DNA of 64,000 bases, taken from Eledone cirrhosa (taxonomy: Eukaryota). Shown here piece after piece: positions 24,564 through 37,209 of this stretch; within the stretch, counting starts at the first letter, position 1; every line of letters starts with the position of its first letter. Under the pieces are notes generated by a model. The model saw nothing but the letters and a program-made list of their open reading frames with translations, did not search any database and was not told where the DNA came from. The DNA lies in the NCBI GenBank assembly GCA_964016885.1, contig OZ024740.1, positions 97,402,001-97,466,000 of the forward strand, given 5' to 3'. The position numbers were made by a program, and so were the translations under genes.

Positions 24564-26474
24564 TTACTTACCTTCCGGGGTCTTGTGAAGGTCGGGTGGT
24601 TCGACCTCCATGGTTTGTGGGGTTTCTTTTGGGAACCCCTTTAATAGTCTTGACGTGGGTTTTACGTTCGGGGTTCCCACATCCCGAGGAAAGCTCTTTC
24701 GAATTTCTTTGTATGAAGCGAGCGACATTCGCATCAGAAGCAAATTATCTGGTACGCGAAATGTGCTCGCTTCAAATGTTTCCCCGTCTTTTTCGATGTT
24801 TGTGCTTCGTGCTACATGGGCCATCAATTCCTTGTTGGCCCTTCTGGCAAGCACGAAGTTTTTAATGTTTTGTTGCTCGGGTTTTATTTGTTCGTGTGAT
24901 TGTGGTGGTGATAGCTTTGTTAGTGTTGTTTCTATTGTGTCTGCGTTTGTTGTGGGTGGGGTGTCTGTAGTTTCTGATGTTTGTGTGTCTATTTGTTCTT
25001 GTGTCTGTTTAGCTTGTTTGCGTTTGGGGGATTTTGGTGGTTGTGTTGGTGATGCTGTGGGGAAAATGTTTGTGTGGGTGGTGTGTGTATTTTTTTTTGT
25101 GGGGGTGTTTGTGCTTTGTGGATTTCTTTTTTTTTTGTGTTTTGTTTTTTGTATTTTGGGGGACTTTGGTTTTCCCTCATCTTCACTGCTGGAGGATGAG
25201 GGGTCTGTGGCTGTGAGCGTGTTTGTGTCTGAGTGAGTGTTTATGTTCTTGTTCGTGTGTGTATTTTGGGGGGGAGGGGGAATGGGAGAGCTTTCCTCGT
25301 TTCCCCCCTGGGTGTGCAATTTTGGTGGTTCCATTGTTGACGGTGTTGCTGGTGGTCCTTGTCCCGGCGTCGCCAGCAGTGGAATCTTTCGACCCCTTGC
25401 GCTTTTCGGCAGTTGAGGGCAGAAGGCTCGCAAGTGTGTCGTTTCCCCACAAAGGAAACAATGCGGCCTTTTGCCCTCAGTCATTATATGCAACACCCTC
25501 CCGTTTTGGAGGCGGATGTGGTCCGGGATTGTTTTTACGTTTTCGGGTCTGATTTGGAGCAGTATCTCCAGATCAACCCCGGACCAGTCGTCCCTGGCAG
25601 TTCTCGTTGCCTCTACCGGGACTGTATCCGTTCCTTCCACGATTACGCAACCCAGGAGCCACCACATATCAAGTCCTGGTGGAATCCTGGGAATGCGCAC
25701 ACGTGCTATTCGTTTTCCCATGTGGGAGGGGTACATTATGACCTTGCTGGTTTTGCAAGGGGTCATTGAATGCTTCACAGCGAGGGCTTCAGACTTGAAC
25801 AGCACCGAAACGGTGCCGTATTGCCTGCCCCTCTCTATGAAGTCTGTGTCCTCTCTGATGTATTTCAGTGCGGCTTCTATGTCAGCTTGGGCGATTATCG
25901 CTGCCCTCTTTGTCTCTACTGAGATGCATCTGAAATGCACCGTTCTTTTTTCCACTGCCTCAATGGCTTCTGCCGGGACAGTTAAGTTTGCCCAGGTCTG
26001 CTCTTGATTTATGATTTTCCAGGCCTGGGCCAACTTTTCCTCTCTGTTGGTTAAGTCGATGCTGTAGCATGGTCTCCTTTTAGCCGCTGCCACAGCAGCG
26101 AAAGTGTTCTTGTTGGTGTTGTCACTGTTGTTGTTCTTGTTGGTGTTGCTGCTGCTATTGCTGTTGTTGTTCTCCCCTGTGTCGTGGTTACCCTCTGTGC
26201 TGTTGGCCTTGTTGGTGCTGTTGCTGTCGCTACTATTACTCTCTGTGCTGTTCGTTTTGTTGGTGCTCTCGCTATTACCACCTTCTGCGCTGTTCGGCTT
26301 GTTGGTGTTGGTGTTGTCGCTGTTACCACCTTCCGCGCCGCTCGGCCCGTTGGTGCTGGCACTGTCGCTGCTCACATTCGTGCTGGTGGCGCTCCTCGCC
26401 TCACCTCTCCTCTCAACGCTCAAGTCGCCGTTGCACGACAGCAGACCCGCCTCTAGGGGGCGTGGCTCCGCCAT
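24564..26474 (-). CDS. LINE ORF1 (gag-like; CCHC zinc knuckle; S/N- and P/T/K-rich low-complexity flanks)
   Basis: 636 aa open; CFLCGETTHLRAFC knuckle; ends 29 nt upstream of the ORF2 ATG. Confidence 0.9.
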   Translation of the reverse strand: MAEPRPLEAGLLSCNGDLSVERRGEARSATSTNVSSDSASTNGPSGAEGGNSDNTNTNKPNSAEGGNSESTNKTNSTESNSSDSNSTNKANSTEGNHDTGENNNSNSSSNTNKNNNSDNTNKNTFAAVAAAKRRPCYSIDLTNREEKLAQAWKIINQEQTWANLTVPAEAIEAVEKRTVHFRCISVETKRAAIIAQADIEAALKYIREDTDFIERGRQYGTVSVLFKSEALAVKHSMTPCKTSKVIMYPSHMGKRIARVRIPRIPPGLDMWWLLGCVIVEGTDTVPVEATRTARDDWSGVDLEILLQIRPENVKTIPDHIRLQNGRVLHIMTEGKRPHCFLCGETTHLRAFCPQLPKSARGRKIPLLATPGQGPPATPSTMEPPKLHTQGGNEESSPIPPPPQNTHTNKNINTHSDTNTLTATDPSSSSSEDEGKPKSPKIQKTKHKKKRNPQSTNTPTKKNTHTTHTNIFPTASPTQPPKSPKRKQAKQTQEQIDTQTSETTDTPPTTNADTIETTLTKLSPPQSHEQIKPEQQNIKNFVLARRANKELMAHVARSTNIEKDGETFEASTFRVPDNLLLMRMSLASYKEIRKSFPRDVGTPNVKPTSRLLKGFPKETPQTMEVEPPDLHKTPEGK

Positions 26475-26688
26475 GTTTTTTTGAGAAAAAAATTATTATT
26501 TTTTTTTTTCAAAATAAAGTTCAAATATTTGGGCCAAAAGGCCCAAATATTATGAGTTATTCCTTCACAGGATACAAATTAATGTCTTATAATGCTTCAG
26601 CGGTACAAAAAATAAACAATTCTCTACAATTAATCCTCAAAAAATTGCTTACTCACGGAGCTTCAAAAAACGTACATCCACTTTCGTC

Positions 26689-26744
<56 letters not shown>

Positions 26745-26764
26745 TAATAAAAATAATAATAATA

Positions 26765-26797
<33 letters not shown>

Positions 26798-27064
26798 TCA
26801 GCAACAATAATAAGTTTGTGCTGTTTTTTTTATTTTTATTCTATATCTTTTAATATTTTGTTTGTCATTGTTGTCAATATCTTTCATCAGAAACTATTTT
26901 TTTTTCTTGAAGGACAATCAATTATACATATTATATGAAGAACAATGAAACTCTTCATTTGACCGTTTTCAGAATGTTCTTCCAACAATGGCAACAAGAA
27001 CAACATATACTACAACTATGCTACCAGCACTAACACTACTGCTGCTACTACTATAATGACTATG

Positions 27065-28640
27065 AATAAAAGTTTCTTTATTAGCTACATATGGCTCATA
27101 TTAAGAGAAAAGTATAGAAGATACACGGTGATAAAGACAGTACAGTGTGGGTTTTAAAATAACATTTAATAAAACTTTATAGCAAAGACCAAAAGAAAAC
27201 AAACATTTAAAATTCAAGCATCACATTCCCCCAAAATAGGGATAGCTCCAAGGGTGACTTGTGAAGGAAGCCCACAAAAAACCACTGTCACCTTTACTGC
27301 TAGGTCAAGTGCCCCCTCCCAGTTGTCCTCCTCCAATTTACAGACAAATACTCTGAGCAGGTCAATTCACTTGGACCATGCTTTCCACACTCACCCACCT
27401 TTGAACAAATTGGTTCAAAGACAGCATTTCACTCTCCACCATGATTTTCCTCTTCAAATGAAATCTGAAAAATTTAATCAGGACCTCACTGAAGAGGAGA
27501 GTATTTGTCTTCAACCCTTTCACACGTGCCCACCACCTCTTTCACCATGAACACCAGGCAGATAAACTGCCATCCATCCCATCGAAAACAAGATGGCTGG
27601 GTGATCTTCACAGTGGTCTTAGTTGATAGTCAGATCTGTCCCACATGTGACAGTAAGTGTTCAACATAAAACCACAGGACAGCAATATTCAGACACAAAA
27701 CGAGTACATCTAGGATGGCTTCAAGACCATGTGTGCACATTTTGGACAGGTTCAGCTGACAGCACTTCCATGTCTACAGAGTTTATCTTGAACTGATAAA
27801 ACTCCTCAATAGCGCTGCCATGCCAAGGACTTCTGGAAGATATCCATGGGCCCTCCACCAAAATTCCTCTAGAAAATAGCGACTAGTTGATTTTCGTCAA
27901 CACCAAGAGTTTTCCCAAGAAGATTGATGTTTTTTCTGGCACTAACCCTCTATAGAACACCAATGATCTTGTGCAATCAGACATGAACAGATGGATGCCC
28001 AGTCAAAACCAGACCCCAAGCAATTTAGCCAGTCCATTGGTTCAGCACCTGATCTTGTTGTACAGAATAGACATGCTTCTAAAAGTGCCAAGCTGCAGGC
28101 CGACTGGCATATCGTGGTCAATTTTTGCTCCTATAGCGTTTGGTGTTCAACACCACTATGGTGACGTCGTTAGCATATGCTGACATAGATGTCCCACAGC
28201 CTACTTCATGTGGGATGTTCCTCAACATCTCCAATTTGTGTAGTAATGGTTTGATAGTCAATACATACAAAAGAAATGAAAGGAGACAACCTTGGCAGAT
28301 TGAGTACATGTTGTTGAACTATTTCATGTTACTGTGCATTGCAGCAGTCCAGCACCTGAAATCGGGTCTGATGCTGGGTGCTTTGAGGGCTGCCATGAAG
28401 TAACAATTGTCAACCCCATCAACAGCTTTCAATTGATCTAAATTGATCAGGGCCCCACCCATGTCAGATTCCTTAGCCACCCTCTCTATGATGTATTACT
28501 CGATGAGGAGGTTGTCATGGATGGATGTGTACAGATGGTTCATGTTTGTGCCTATCCTACTAGTCCACTGATGGCAACTGCCAACCTCATTGCTAACAAC
28601 TTAGCCAAAATTTTAAACTCTGCATTTAGCAGTTATAGGT
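27065..28640 (-). mobile_element. Old, internally deleted copy of the Tx1-like family
   Basis: Remnants QGCLLSFLLYVLT..AYANDVT, FQKSLAWQ, LINLDQ; same type of AATAAAGAAAC 3' end. Confidence 0.85.
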
Positions 28641-28689
28641 AGATGTGATTGTCACCAGTTTATTACCATCAGTTAATCTAAGCTTGATG

Positions 28690-28945
28690 AGTGAGTCACT
28701 TAATCTTACTACTTCTATCACCTTATCTATCTATTTTTCAGCTAGTAGGATGCCTATGCATCCTACACCATTGTCACCTCCTACCCAGTAGAGTTTATAT
28801 CTAAGTTGCTTCCCCATGCTATTCTTGCTGAGGCACCCCTCCATCTCACTTCTTGTACACAGCATACATCTACTCCTCTTTTCTCTAACAGTTCCACAAT
28901 TTCACCTAATTTCCCTATCTGTGTACCAATATTGAGGGTGTCATT
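28690..28945 (-). pseudogene. RTE APE endonuclease N-terminal fragment
   Basis: TLNIGT..EIVELLEKRGVDVCCVQEVRWRGASARI. Confidence 0.7.
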
Positions 28946-31199
28946 CTTGAGATTTGTTCCTTGATAGTTGTTTTATATATATATATATATTAACAGTCTG
29001 ACTTTACTTTACACTACCTATGGTTTCAAGATGAAGTTACATCTAAATTATTAGGTCTTGATACTGGCACCACTAAATAGGGTTGGATGTTAAAGCCATT
29101 CAAACTTTTACTTAAAGATTTTCAGTGTGCATCTATTCTGCACTCCTGTAGTTACTTGTGGCACAGATCTCTGCATCTGCATGTAACTCATAAAAATGTC
29201 TCTATTTTCTGTGAAATCCAGTTTTCAGTGTTTTCCTTGGTCAACACTCCCTCTGCAATTTTCAACATTCAAGGGCAAGGAGTGCTGCTATGTATTCCAC
29301 GATCCAAAGTGTATATGCTAGCACATGGAGACTGACTGCAAGAGCGTTATCTTCAATGAAATCAAATCAGGTATCCATGTGCAAATAAGAATATGAAAAA
29401 TTCTGTCATTTACGGGAACAACCAGACTCATTTTCCCAGGAAAGCAAGTGATATATATGCAAGATGGAATGTTAGCTCACAGGCAACAAATCTTTCTTTT
29501 GAATCAATATGGTGAATGAAACTCTTGAACTGTGAAAGAGCTTTTAGGGCACCAGCATACAAATGTATATTTTGCTTCCCAGATTAAGTTGCAGTTGTTT
29601 CAAAGATAGGTAAATGTTTTCCAGTTGATGATTGTATGGGATGTTTTCCACATACTGTAGGCACAACTGCAAAACCTGTGATTCATGCACAACAGTGCTG
29701 CAGTTGTGAATGAACCATCTAGTGATTTGGGCTATGGGCTTTGGTTAGATAAAGTTTATAGATAAGATGATTTCAGTCATTCACTCAGCTATTTCAAATG
29801 AACCATAGATAAAACACATTTAGCTGCTAAGTATTGTGAACATAGAATAGACAGATGTCAGATAAGTTAGTTTGAATGATTGAAGTACCAAAGGTTTCAG
29901 AAGACAGAGACAACTATGTAGTAGACTGATGTGATTCGTTTTGATTAAACAGTAATCAGATAATCGAAAATAGTGATGGCTGAGTTTGATGGTGAGAATG
30001 GGATCAAGATTCTTAGCATAACCAGTGTCCATCTGGCCTTTGAATTTGTAAAGACTAACTGATGAAGTCATATCAGAACATCAAACAATTTAGCAGGGAA
30101 TGCAGACGTTTAATGATGATGATGAATAAGGATGGAAAGTAAAAACCAATAAAAGATGTGTGTTGCTATATGTAGCAGATATTGTTATAATATTGATTTC
30201 TAATTTAAGCACTAGGCCAGCAAATTTTGGGGGAAAGCAAAAGTAGATTAGATCAATCATAGTACTAGACTAGTATTTTATTTTCTTGATCCTGGAAAGA
30301 TAAGAGACAAAGTGGACAATAATGCGATTTGAACTCACAATGGCATATTATCCGATGCCCTACAAATTCTGCCAATCCACCTCACTATAGATATTGTATA
30401 ATATTGATGTCTAGCCTTCGCACAAAGCCACAAATTTGTAAAAAGGGAAATATATTGATTGTATCAATATATGTAAAGAAGAGCAATTAATAGCTAATTT
30501 TTATTTTTATCAATTCAAGTGAGATGAAGGCAAACTTAACTCCAATGGGATTTGAACTCAGAACATAATGGGATGTAATTAAATATCATAAGGTACCCTT
30601 CCTTTCACACCACTTGATATTGTATCTCATTTAACTTCACGAAAGCTGTTGTTTTGTTTGACCAAAGAATCTTAACTAGAGTATGTACAGAATTCTTTCT
30701 TTAGTCTTGCTTGCACAGTAGCATGACAGAGTTTTTTTATCCATAATTCACTATAACAGTCATTGCAAGCTTGCTTATATGCAATTTTGCAGATATATTA
30801 GAACAGTAGAAGAAATACGGAAACATAATGATTCAAGGTCTAGCTTAAAAGATCATTCACAAATATCAATCTTCAAGAATATATATAGTCTTGTATTTTG
30901 TGTTGCTTCCTCTTTTCAGAACAAAGCAAAACACAGTTGTCAAGAGAAATGTGTCTTTGATATTATTTTTAAACATTTTATTTGCTTTCTGATGCCCTCA
31001 GTCAAAACAATGGTGATAATTAGGGAAGTCTGCCTTCCTGAGAAAACATTTGGCGATATGAATCAATGAAAACATTGAACATTAATTGCAAATGAGAAAA
31101 AATAAACGAAAATAACAATAATTGCATAAATTAAATGTATATAATATACTATGAGAGATTGATGAATATAGAGAATGAATGAGAGGAAGAGAAACTACC

Positions 31200-33060
31200 C
31201 CAACTTACCAAAAGGAAGGACCAGCTACTGAAGTTGATAGCTTTAGTGGCAAAAATGCAATCAAGATGAAGAATGGTAAAGCTGCGGGACCATCAGAAAT
31301 AGTTGCTGAAAGCATTGGGAGAGGTAGGAGTGAAACTAGTAACCCATAGAGTAAATCAAGTAATAGATGATGGAGTCATATGCAATGACTGGCATAGCAA
31401 TACAATCATACATTGCTACAAAGGCAAAGGGGATGCTCTAGAAAGGAGCAACTATCAAGGAATAAAACTAATGGATCAAGTTATGAAAGTGACGGAAAGA
31501 GTAATAGGGCTGCTAATTAGGGAAAGAGTCAAAATAGATGCGATGCAGTTTGGTTTCATGTCTGGGAAAAGTAATAATGATGCCCTCTTCTTAGTGAGGC
31601 AAGTACAAGAGAAGTTCCTAGCCCAAAACAAGTCACTATATTTAGCTTTTGTTGATATATGGAAGGCCTTTGACAAAGAACCTCGATCTATTATCTGGTA
31701 ATACTTAAGGAAATTAGGTGTAGAAGAATGGCTGTTGAGGGCAGTGCAAGCTATGGACAGAGGAGCAGTCAGTAAAGTATGAGTAGGAAATGAATTTAGT
31801 AAGGAATTCAAGGTACATGAAGGAGTTCATCAAGGTTCAGTTCTTAACCCACCATCATAGTTCTTCGGGCCATAACAAAGGATTTTAAAATGAGCTGTTC
31901 ATGGAAACTTCTCTATGCAGATGATTTGGTCCTTATAGCTGAAACAAAAAAAGAACTAGAGAATAAATTTCGATCATGGAAACTGAATTTGAATCGAAAG
32001 GTCTGAGGGTAAAATAGGCCAAAACTAAAATGCAAGTGAGTAGGAGGGAAGATAGTACCCAGATTTCCTCATGGAAGTGACCATGCTTAAGAAGCAGAAA
32101 AGATATAAACTCCATACAATGTTCAAAATGTAAATATTGTGTACACAAAAGATGTAATGTGATAATTGTTTCTACTTTTTGGCAGAAGGCCAGCAATTAA
32201 CAAGTGCATTACTGGTACTTTATTTTATCGACCCCGTAAGGATGAAAGACAAAGTTAACCTCGGTGGGACTTGAACTCAGAATGGCAAGTGCTGTAACTC
32301 TATGCGTCAAAGCATGGCATTTGACCCTCTACCGATACTGCCAATCCACCGCCATTGTAATGTGATAATGAATAGACTAAAAGGAAGGGAGAAGTTTGTA
32401 TGTAGAACATGCACAGGAGAAATTGGGGGATTTGCTAATGATATAACATGTTTCCAGTCAGTCAAAGATCCATTGAATGGTTGATAGCTTCTGCTATCTA
32501 GGTGAACTAATTAGCAGTGGAGGAGCGAGTAACAAGTGCATAATAGCTAGAATAACGATAGGATGGAAGATGTTTACAGAACTACTCACACTCACGATAA
32601 CAAAAGGTTTCTCCCTAAAAAAAAAAAGGCTGTGTGATGCCTGTGTGCAGTGGACAGTGCTGCATGTTACAGAAACATGGGCGGTGACTGAAGAGAACAT
32701 ACATAGACTGGAGAAAATTGAAGCAACTATGTTTCATTGGAGTGTAATGTAAATGTGAAAAAAAGGCAGAGCTTGGATAAGCTGAGAAGAAGCCGGGTTT
32801 AAGGGGAATCTTAGATGGTGTGCAGGAGAGATGACTGCATTGGTATAGACATATGATGTGCATGGAGAATGACCGATGGATGAAGAAATGCCAAGAAATC
32901 CCAGCAGAAGATATTTGCAGTAGAGTATGACAAAGAAAGACCTGGACAGAGGTTATGAGAGCTGACCTCAAATTGCTAAGACTGGCAGAGAAGATGGACA
33001 ATAATTGGAGAGATGCCGAGCTGAGAAGGACCTGTCCAACCCATGCAAGCATAGAAACGT
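31200..33060 (+). mobile_element. Decayed RTE-clade LINE (RT and 3' end)
   Basis: KAAGP, YKGKGDALERSNYQGIKL, QFGFM, AFVDIWKAFD, GVHQGSVL, LLYADDL, FCYLG, ETW; many stops. Confidence 0.85.
32167..32355 (-). mobile_element. tRNA-derived SINE inserted in the RTE relic, 14-bp TSD
   Basis: TGTAATGTGATAAT at 32153-32166 and 32356-32369; GGCGGTGGATTGGCAG head and B-box-like GAGTTCAAGTCCC. Confidence 0.9.
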
Positions 33061-35128
33061 TGATTTATAGTCAAGCGCCTATCATCCATAAGTCGCTACT
33101 AGTTACTTCTAAAGTCTTCTTTGAACAGTCATATTTTAGTTTACCTGGAACGAAACAATGCAGTTATTAATAATAGTTTTACTTTGTTTGTGTTTATTAT
33201 AGAGCATATAACAAATATATGCGTGTGCTTGTGTGTAATATGTTGGGTAGTTTTTTGAATGCTACAAGAAAGCAAAAGTGATGATTAAAAATACAATATG
33301 CTGCATAATTTACTCTAAGTGGCTAAAGCAACAAATATAATAATAAAACTCCATAAAATGAAGTGTTTATTAATGTAGATAGATTTTATGAAAGTCATGG
33401 AGGGTTAAGCTTAGATCACAAGACATGCTGTCTCATTAATAAGCTTGGATAAATAGCATAAATATGAATATGAAATAAATTAAGATGAAAACTATATTAA
33501 ATCTGTGGAAATTATGCAAGGAAATCAAAGGCTTTGTGATTTTTATCTTCATATAAATTACTTACTGGGATGGTCATGTTCAGATTAACGATAATGTACT
33601 AAGTGCCTATCATCGTCATCACTGTTTTATGTATTTTCTTGTGTTCGCATTACTTGGGTGACTCATCACAGACTAAGTCAGCACTTTATCAGATCCACTG
33701 TCCTACTAGATGTTACAGGAGACCACGTCTCATTTGAATACATTCTTTTTGGCATGTTTTCTTTAAGTGGATGCTTTTCCTAATGTCAAGCACATTAGAG
33801 AGTTTACTGGGTGCATTTTCTTATGTCTCAACATTAGAGTATTTGACTTGTCATTGTAACATGTTTATAGTTCTTTTGGTAGGGTTTCTACAGATGGTTA
33901 TCTTTTTGAAAGACAACCACTTTGCGGAGTGTACTGAGTGAGGTTGCCATATCATTGAAATGATTGCTGAGTCCTCTCTAATCTATGTTAATGCCATTTG
34001 AATGCTAACTACTTTATGGAGTGCAACGAATGGTTTTTATATTGACACCAGTGCTCCCTGCCTCTGTTCTTATAAGGGCTGCACAAGTGGACATTGCTGC
34101 CAATTGTTTCTTATATTTATTTAAGTAGTTTGCAAGGAGATTAGTGGTCACTGAATCCACTTGGTAAAGAACACAATCTTCCTAAAAACTAAAATTGTTG
34201 TCTTAAAAATGGATTGGCACATTTTAGAATGTAATCTTTGATCTAAAAAAAATTGCTATAAAACCTTTTTTTACTTTATATTTAAAGAAAATATCTGCCT
34301 ACAAATTATAAATAATTTTGAAATTAAGAAAATATTGAAGAGATTTGGTAATATAGCTAACTTTCTAATTATCAAGCTGATATTTGCAGCTTAATAAATG
34401 TTCTTACGTAAAATTATTATGGAATGTGTTTAGCTAAATTTAAGAACTTTAAACTAAACAACTTTGAATTTTAGAAACAAGGGCAGATTAAGGCAGTCTG
34501 GTATCAAATGAGTTAACAGTAAACTGCAGTTGATATTAGCTTTTTGGCTTAGTATTCTGATTTTCAGTAACTTTTCCCATTCTTTGTGCAGTTAGGCTAT
34601 CATTTTTGGTGTGAATAGATGAGGAGTGGTGATAAGGAATCTTCCTAAAAAATATCTTTGTTACGATGCTGGTTTTTATTAGCTTTTTTTCCATAAATTT
34701 TTCCATAAAGCTTCTAATGTTGACATGTGATATTTTCCCTTAGTATTGGATTTACTTAGTTTAAATACACTGTCTCCAATATCCCGGAGCGTGACATGCT
34801 GTCAGAGGCATTTTACTAATCAATGTCAAGCTTAATGTTACTGTTTCTCCTAATTTAAATATTTCTTCAGTTTACCAATAGAATCACACACCGCTCTCTA
34901 ATATTAAAAACCAAACAAACATGAAGAATACATGGACAATGCAATTCTATGCCTGAAAGAAAAAGGATAATAATCATATGCTGAAAGTCTTTAATTCTTT
35001 TGATACCAACCTGGTTCTAAAATAGAGAACTGTTTATTTAAAAACTCATATATTTATCTAAAAGTCTTCACACATAAGATTATATAAGAACCTGTGTTAA
35101 GTAATATTCCAAACACTATTTTAATAAT

Positions 35129-35521
35129 TGTTTCTACTTTTGGCACAAGGCCAGTAATTATCCCACTGTATTACTGGTACTTTATTTTATCGACCCCCGT
35201 AAGGATGAAAGGCAAAGTTAACCTCAGTGAGATTTGAACTCAGACCATAAAGGGTCGTAACTCTTTGCTGCACAGCATGGCGTCCGACCCTCTAAGGATA
35301 CTGCCAATCCACCGCCCTTCTATTTTAATAATTATTTCTACTTTTGGCACAAGGCCAGTAATTATCCCAGTGCATTATTGGTACTTTATTTCATCGACCC
35401 CGTAAGGATGAAAGGCAAAGTTAACCTCGGCGGGATTTGAACTCAGACCATAAAGGGCTGTAACTCTTTGCATCAAAGCATGGCGTCCGACCCTCTATCG
35501 ATACTGCCAATCCACCCTCTT
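35129..35521 (-). mobile_element. Two head-to-tail SINE copies of the same family (other copies at about 17115, 19225, 30200, 30410, 37835, 47985)
   Basis: CTATTTTAATAAT at 35116, 35320 and 35522 bounds each monomer of about 190 bp. Confidence 0.9.
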
Positions 35522-36827
35522 CTATTTTAATAATGCCGTTAGACATGTATCAAACATGGACCTCCTCAATACTCCCTCTCATCACACATCTCACTTACAG
35601 GACACCCAGCACACTGAATGCTACTGGTAACATAACCACATCTACCACCAGTGTCTAGCAAAGTGATACATTCAGTCCACTCCTGATTGAATTGGGTGTC
35701 AATGATAATTATCCAAAACCAATCCCTCCTTTGACTTGTGAACAACCCACCCAAGTCTAAATGCTAAATGTAAGCTGTGGTGAAAGTCAATATGAAAACA
35801 CTGTACTCAGAATTCAACCCATCCTGACTGAGACATGTCTAACTGTGACAGTTGATCCCTACATTCTTGGATTTCCAATCCTTTTAAAAACCACACAAGA
35901 GTGCCAAAAAAGCAAAAAAGTAGAGATGGTGAATATGATGGACAAACTGAACCCCGTTGATGTACATCCCATGATTTTCCTCCTCCTGAGGAACTGTTTC
36001 ATTTTCCTTAGATTTATGTTTATGTAGTGCAGTGTATTTAGTCACCCTCATACAGACTTCTTCAATGAACTTATCCATAGTCATCATTTCAATGCAGTTG
36101 GCTGCCTGTAGGTGAAGCTCCCCATGACATTTAGTAACTGAGGCATCAACACAACGTATAACTTTATACTGCCAGCCTACTTATTTTCCATCATCACCAG
36201 CTACACCTTCATCAATTAGGTTTTCTGCAAATCAGGATCTCAAAGCTGATCTGGCTGTTTGGGTTAAGGATAAACTCACCATCACCAAGTAGGCAAGTTA
36301 CCAAGGTAACTGGGATGGCAGCCTCCACAAAATTGGAAGGAGTGTATCCTGTCATTGGAGAGATCCCATTGTGGTGGAGGGGCTGATACGGCGAATGTCA
36401 CTGGTGATTCTCCACAGCAGTGCAATGCCATTTTGTCCGTTGGGTAAAGCTGAGATATACTGACTAGATTAGGGTGTAGAGTAGGCATGGCAACATTTTT
36501 CGAGAAGCAGGCCACTTGAGATGTGGCTCATCATGATTGATGTTGATAAATAAAATAGTATCTAAGGCAGTGTATTGGCAGGATTGTTAGTATGTTGGGC
36601 TAAATGCCTTGTGAGAGCTTTTTCCATTTCTATGTTCTAAGTTCAAATACTGCCACATTTTACAGAAAAGAACTGATGTCTGTCTCATTAAAACACCAGC
36701 TACATCAAACCTGAGACTAGCTCATGGAATTCCAGCAAAGCTATGCAAGTGGTAGCTGTAACAGCAACACTTCAAAGTAGGATTCATTGGTTTAAGGTTC
36801 TCTTTTAATTTTGTTTTTATTTCAGCA

Positions 36828-37000
36828 CAGACATAGCTGAATGATTAAGGGGTTTGTTTCACAACCCATCAGTCATATGATTCTGGATTCAGTCCAGCTA
36901 TGTGGCACCTTGGGCAAATGTCTCACTATAACCTCAGGTTGACCAGTGCTTTGTGTGTATTAATTTGGTAGATGGAACCTGCAGAATCCCATCATATGTG
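36828..37000 (+). mobile_element. Second tRNA-like SINE family, diverged (also at about 53667-53815 and inverted at 51771-51860)
   Basis: GGATTCAGTCC..GGCACCTTGGGCAAATGTCT..GACCAGTGCTTTGTG..TTTGGTAGATGGAA. Confidence 0.7.
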
Positions 37001-37087
37001 TGTAGGGTGTCTGCATCTGTGTGCATGTATGTATCTATGTTCATGTCTCTGTTTACATTTGTGTTTGTAATTATGTCCCATAACTTG

Positions 37088-37209
<122 letters not shown>

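Larger units (their letters stand above)
20862..26688 (-). mobile_element. Full-length intact Tx1-like (L1 clade) LINE inserted in (ATT)n
   Basis: Two open ORFs, 5' UTR, AATAAA near the 3' end, (AAT)n on both flanks. Confidence 0.95.

Noticed and set aside
21312-26484. Plus-strand ORFs antisense to the Tx1 element
   Set aside because: These are shadow ORFs of GC-rich coding sequence with no motifs
36565-36655. tRNA-like A/B boxes here and in other SINE heads
   Set aside because: They are SINE heads without a complete cloverleaf, not tRNA genes
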